From Puccinia triticina (taxonomy: Eukaryota): a stretch of DNA of 64,000 bases. The notes under the pieces were generated by a model that made no database searches, was not told where the DNA came from, and saw only the letters and a list, made by a program, of their open reading frames with translations. Below are positions 61,501 to 64,000 of this stretch, in pieces. Position 1 is the first letter of the stretch; each line of letters begins with the position of its first letter. Made by a program: the position numbers and the translations under genes. Location of the stretch: positions 7,626,001 to 7,690,000 of the forward strand of contig CP110439.1 in NCBI GenBank assembly GCA_026914245.1, written 5' to 3'.

Positions 61501-64000
61501 GCTGAGCATAATCTTGGAAAAGGCTTGTGCAGAGCGGAGGATCAGATGGGAAAAGACTGTTCCAAAGATTAACACCAGCTGGGCCAAGAATTTTCAAAAG
61601 CTGAGAATCAGCTAGGCCAATACTGCTCCAAGCTGAGCATTGGCTGAGCCAAGGCTTTTCCAAAGCTGAAAATGAGGTGTTTTAAGACTATTCAAAAGAT
61701 GAGTATCACCCAAGCCAAGGCTGTTGCACAGCTGAGCATCAGCTGAGCCAAGGCTGGTCCACAGATGAGCATCAGCTGTTACAGGAGGTTCAGAATCTGA
61801 AGTCCTAATCTGAGTCTAAGCTTAGCCATTACTGGACTAAAGCTGAGAATCATCTGGGCCAGGACTGGTTCACAGCTGGGACACCAAAGCTGAACCAAAG
61901 CTGAGTATCAGCTGACCAGAAATGAGGATTACTGGTGTCCAGCCAAAACTGAGGATCTCCTGTGGAAATTCTGAAAGGTAAGTAGATGGAGAGATGGTTT
62001 GATGGTGGGTAGCATGATGTCACTTTTCATCAAGTGACTATTTTTTTCCTGATTCTTGGTCCTAACACAGCTTGTGCTGTGGGTTTGTTCTTTTTGTTTA
62101 ATTTGATCTGCATCTTTTTCTTTCCTCTCTGGATTTTTCTTTTCTTTCTTATCTCTCAGGCTGTGGCTTCTGTTTCTGCTGGTTCTTATCTTCTGATTCT
62201 TGTGCAGTTTGTCTTTTCTGTTTTCTCTTCTTTTCCCTCTGTTGTCTGTTTTGTTGTGCGCCTGTGTGGCGCGCAAGGGATATGATGGAATGCATGTGAC
62301 ATGTTGCCTCCCGGAGTCCAATTTTGCAGAACTTGGAGGAAGGGAGCGGAATGGCACTTTGATCCGCCGTCAAGAATCTGAATAATTGAAAGAATATGAA
62401 TCTATTGAATCCCTTCTAAGAGGCTCAAGAATCTCCTTGACAAATAAAAAACTGCCGCCAAGGATCTGAACCCCGGCAAACTCTCAAAACCACCTCCCCA
62501 ACCAGCTATCAGCTTGAATCCCACGACTCATTCTTTTCTGGACCATCCACAAGGGCAGCCACAAGGCACCTATTCCCCTCCCAGCGCTGTTGCCCGCCTA
62601 GCACCAGACAAAGCTCCATAATGTGCCTGTCACAAGTCACCTGGTTCCTGGTTAAACTCCTGACTGATACATATACCCTTCTCAGCCTAGGCACTCTCCT
62701 CAACTTTATACATCACCCTATTGAGGACCTTTTTCAATCCCCACCGGAAACATCAAGTCAACTTTAACCCTTTTCACTCATCATAAACTCTCACATCTTT
62801 CACATACTTGTAATCAAACAACTTCATCTGGAACTAGACCATAATTAAATTCACCTCCATGGTCTTGACCATGCTAGTGGTCTACTTGGGATCCAAGTTG
62901 GCAGCAATCCGGACTTTCATTGCGTTCGCCAAGCCCTTTGGGGCCCTCAAGGCGCTTGGCGAGCTGCTCCAGGGCAGCTAATCGCCTAAATGGGTCGCCA
63001 ATTTGCCGATTTTGTCTAGTGGCAGGCAGAATGGTAGGCCTGGGGCAGGAAGCTGTTGAGTCTTGAGTTACTAACAGGGGAATAATGGAGGGAGCGCTGT
63101 GGTGTGCCAAATGTGTTTCAAGTATCAAATCACATAAAGTCACAGTTTACTATTGAGAAGGAGACATATTTCTAGATGTATTACTGCATAATTGAATTCT
63201 ACAGGTCATTTAACCCCTAGTCACTCACTGGAACCATTAGGCTAGCTGCACTCAGTCAAGTTTCTAGTATTATACTGTGTTCATAAGCATAATTACATAC
63301 TGTAGAGATATTTTGATAGTACATAGTATAGAATTAGACTCAAGGACATATTCATAGTGTATGTAGTGGCATGGTTTGGCTCTACCCATGGCATGGTTCC
63401 ACCTGTGGACAACTCCAGGTTTGTTGTTTGGCTCCACCCACGTACCACAGCATGGCTCCACCTGTGGACACCTCCATAATTGTGTAGGCTCCATGGAAGC
63501 CACCATGTGGACACCATATGGGCACCACCACCACAGCCACGTGGGTACCATCACCACATGGACACCTGTATGGTGGTCACACCAGCAAAAATCCCTCACA
63601 AGGATCCCCACCAGCAAAAATCCCTCACATTTTACTATAAAAGGAGGAGATTTTCCCTCCTCAGTTTTGGCATGCCACTCAGGCAATCCTAACCAGAACA
63701 CACATCTCACTCAGAGTTACAAGTCACATCCACATAAAATCCAGTAGTGTGATCTCAATCAAGTTGCCCATCAACATCTTTCATGCCTCAGAGTAGTTCT
63801 AAGTAGTCAAGTAGCAAGCATCACCCACTTGTGCTCTAAACAAGTCAAAGTGACCTTAACCAATTTTGCTCTCAACTGAAGGTTAAGGAAGAGGGCAAAG
63901 ACACTTTGAATAGTTCACATATAACATCAGTTCTCTCAGAATTTTTGTATCAGTTTATCTCCGCTTTCATATCACAAACATATAAAACCATATAAAACAT
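58570..64000. repeat. Mosaic of old, CpG-depleted transposon remnants
   Basis: No credible long ORFs, very few CpG over most of it, and local motif arrays (TGCACCCC at 60400-60700; CCATG/CACC at 63370-63630). Confidence 0.6.
61146..62051. mobile_element. Degenerate TIR element with internal GCTGAGC/CAGCTG repeats
   Basis: About 42-bp imperfect inverted ends CAGGAAAAAAA(TA)TAGTCACTTGATG..AAGTGACAT(G/C)ATGC at 61146 and 62011-62051; no TSD seen. Confidence 0.65.

Overview
Eukaryotic, intron-rich fungal DNA; gene content, short GT-AG introns and repeat types point to a rust fungus (Pucciniales, probably Puccinia; inference). About 1-24 kb and 58.5-64 kb are transposon-rich. The centrepiece is an apparently intact AcademH-type DNA transposon (11075-17760) encoding a spliced DUF6589/Academ transposase and a convergent RecQ-like SF2 helicase. 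A 538-bp non-autonomous relative with a clean 9-bp target-site duplication (TSD) sits in its left end. The ends have only 11-bp terminal inverted repeats (TIRs) but carry branched GC-rich hairpins with compensatory substitutions and GNA-type triloops. Other mobile elements are a 1.84-kb foldback element (8-bp TSD) with a nested 201-bp MITE (3-bp TSD), a poly(A)-tailed retroposed fragment (11-bp TSD), and hAT- and Harbinger-like remnants. Host genes: a SIW14-like phosphatase, two lineage-specific putative secreted proteins, a single-pass Pro/Thr-rich membrane protein, GCN1, a POT1-like multi-OB protein apparently lacking the C-terminal module, an AIM19-like protein, a RluA-family pseudouridine synthase and a type IIC (Na,K-ATPase/ACU-like) P-type ATPase. 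Family calls come from motif recognition by eye, not from database searches.
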